In this document: positions 61,376 to 64,000 of the stretch, in pieces
Layout: each line of letters starts with the position of its first letter
Numbering within the stretch: position 1 is the stretch's first letter
Origin: Thermoanaerobaculia bacterium
GTDB lineage: Bacteria; Acidobacteriota; Thermoanaerobaculia; Multivoradales; Multivoraceae
Direction: 5' to 3'
Length of the DNA stretch: 64,000 nucleotides
Assembly: GCA_963664405.1 (NCBI GenBank)
Contig: OY761158.1
Location: 2,752,001 to 2,816,000, forward strand
The notes under the pieces: model-generated
The model's input: the letters and a program-made list of their open reading frames with translations, nothing else
The model's database searches: none
Told to the model about the DNA's origin: nothing
Program-made: the position numbers and the translations under genes

Positions 61376-61518
61376 TGCAGGTCAGGGAGATGCTGACCAA
61401 GCATGTTCTTGCCGACGGCTTCCCTCCGCCCTGGCGGCGGCCCACTTCGTCATCCGAGAATCCCGGATGACTCTCGGGCAGATGTTCGGAGGCGGAGGGC
61501 TTTGATGCAGGTGAGAGA

Positions 61519-62016
61519 GTGAAGATATCGACAAAGGGTGAGTATGGCATTCGCGCGATGCTCTTCGTGGCAATGCGGCGAGAGGAAGGGCCCACGACCA
61601 GCCACGAGATCGCCACTCATCAGGGGATTCCCGAGCCCTACTTACGACAGATCCTCGCATCCCTGGCTAAGCATCAGCTGATCCAGTCGAATCGGGGACC
61701 TCAGGGAGGCCATACATTGGCCCGACCTGCCGACCAGATCTCTCTGCGCGACATAATCTACGCGCTCGAGGGACAAGTCACATCGGTCGATCAGATCCTC
61801 GCTCAGCCGTGCTCGATCGACATCGGTACCCGGCACTGCGTCATTCGCGAGGTTTTTCTCGAGGTGAAGCGTGCGGTCGAGACCATTCTCCAGGATACTA
61901 ATCTCCAGGATCTGGCGCTGAGGCAAGAGGAGATCATCGAGTGCGATATCGAAGTGCCGCTCGATCTGCCCCCGAGCTTCAAGTCGCTGCATGTTCTTGG
62001 CGAGGATACCCGCTGA
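61519..62016 (+). CDS. Rrf2-family transcriptional regulator
   Basis: ISTKGEYGIRA, YLRQIL, SNRGPQGG. Confidence 0.9.
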   Translation: MKISTKGEYGIRAMLFVAMRREEGPTTSHEIATHQGIPEPYLRQILASLAKHQLIQSNRGPQGGHTLARPADQISLRDIIYALEGQVTSVDQILAQPCSIDIGTRHCVIREVFLEVKRAVETILQDTNLQDLALRQEEIIECDIEVPLDLPPSFKSLHVLGEDTR

Positions 62017-62480
62017 GCGGCCGCGTTCTCGTCTCCACTGCCTCGACGCTGCTCGTTGCCGTCGCCTCTCTCGCGGGTTGCTCCCGACCGCCGGAGGGAG
62101 AATTGGAGACCTTGGAAATCGTCGATGTGACAGAAGGGGTCGACAGCCAGATCAGGCCCGAGGACGACATTCAAGCCGAGCTGCGCGAGCGTGAGTTTCT
62201 CGGAGTCCTTCCAGGCGGTTTTCCGAGTGACTTCTGGGTCTATAGCCCTGGCAGCATTGTGGATCTGGAGTCAGACGATGGCGATCGCGGGATCGTGGCC
62301 CTGCGCACCTTCGGCTCTGTGGACGACGTACGAAGGCGGTTGATCGAAGAAGAGAGCGCGCGCGGCTGGCAGGAGTCAGGGGTTGGAAGCGCGCTCCTGA
62401 GCTTCACCAAAGAAGGCAGACGAATCGACCTCGCTCTCGAGGCCAAAGGCAACGAGACTTGGATTCGGATCGAGTATTGA
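62013..62480 (+). CDS. Hypothetical lipoprotein
   Basis: LAGC lipobox; start uncertain. Confidence 0.55.
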   Translation: MSGRVLVSTASTLLVAVASLAGCSRPPEGELETLEIVDVTEGVDSQIRPEDDIQAELREREFLGVLPGGFPSDFWVYSPGSIVDLESDDGDRGIVALRTFGSVDDVRRRLIEEESARGWQESGVGSALLSFTKEGRRIDLALEAKGNETWIRIEY

Positions 62481-62493
62481 GTAGGAAGAGAGA

Positions 62494-62570
62494 AGTAAGC
62501 AGTAAAAAAAGTAAGCAGTAAGCAGTAAGAAGCAAAGCAGCAATCAGATTCTTTACTGCTTACTGCTTAC
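62494..62570. repeat. Inverted heptamer arrays (AGTAAGC)n / (GCTTACT)n
   Basis: AT-rich stretch between convergent genes, overlapping the atpC stop. Confidence 0.75.
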
Positions 62571-62963
62571 CGCCAGCCGGGCCTCCGCACGCTGAACCGT
62601 CAACCGAGCCTGGCGAAGCTCTTCCCCGGAGAGACGTCCGAGGGAATCGCTGGCCTCTTGAAGCTCTTTGCGGGCGGCTTCGGCGTCGATCTCGTCGGGC
62701 AGCTGGGCTTCTTGCGTCAAGACGGTCACAACGTCGTCCGAAACCTCGAAGAACCCGCCGGATAGGGCCAGGGCGCCTTCCTTTGTTCCTTGCCGGTAGG
62801 AGAGAACGCCGACCGCGAGAGTACTCACTAGAGAAGTGTGTCCGGGCAGAACGGTGAGGTAGCCCTCGGTCGCCGGCAGCGAAACAGATGCGCAGCCTTC
62901 CTCGAGCACACTTCGCTCGGGGGTGACAACGGAGAGGCTCAGAGGTGATTCGCCGTTCGACAT
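62553..62963 (-). CDS. atpC: ATP synthase F1 epsilon subunit
   Basis: VVTPER, LPGH, SGGFFEV; follows atpD. Confidence 0.93.
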   Translation of the reverse strand: MSNGESPLSLSVVTPERSVLEEGCASVSLPATEGYLTVLPGHTSLVSTLAVGVLSYRQGTKEGALALSGGFFEVSDDVVTVLTQEAQLPDEIDAEAARKELQEASDSLGRLSGEELRQARLTVQRAEARLAVSSKQ

Positions 62964-62966
62964 CTT

Positions 62967-64000
<1,034 letters not shown>

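Overview
GC-rich bacterial chromosome segment. The gene repertoire (many Hanks-type kinases with TolB or TPR domains, ECF-FecR-TonB module, C-terminal 'CLNGDRF...KVLDAC' domain) suggests Acidobacteriota, probably Thermoanaerobaculia; this is inference. No rRNA, tRNA or CRISPR was seen. About 1.3-10.9 kb is a decaying mobile island with a serine resolvase, a 170-190 bp direct repeat bracketing a kinase, a mini-Tn3, a parA stub and three toxin-antitoxin modules with broken toxins. Main highlights: (1) a tight operon at 16.2-20.5 kb that the ORF track splits at two in-frame TGA codons, which look like selenocysteines (GrdB/PrdB-like UxxC, AhpD-like CxxU, each with a SECIS-like hairpin), followed by a MoaD/ubiquitin-like domain fused through GG to a BNR beta-propeller and a DUF3179 CxxC protein; (2) a family of ~165 bp CTAG-flanked rod-shaped palindromic elements with three different arm sequences around a covarying core, one inserted in frame in a gene (RPE-like); (3) an apparently circularly permuted PA-domain metallopeptidase; (4) a second structured repeat anchored at TAG stop codons; (5) a nested IS30/IS3 insertion in an FHA-PP2C gene. 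Many frameshifts and deletions are present, and some may be assembly errors. All family assignments are from motif recognition, not database searches.
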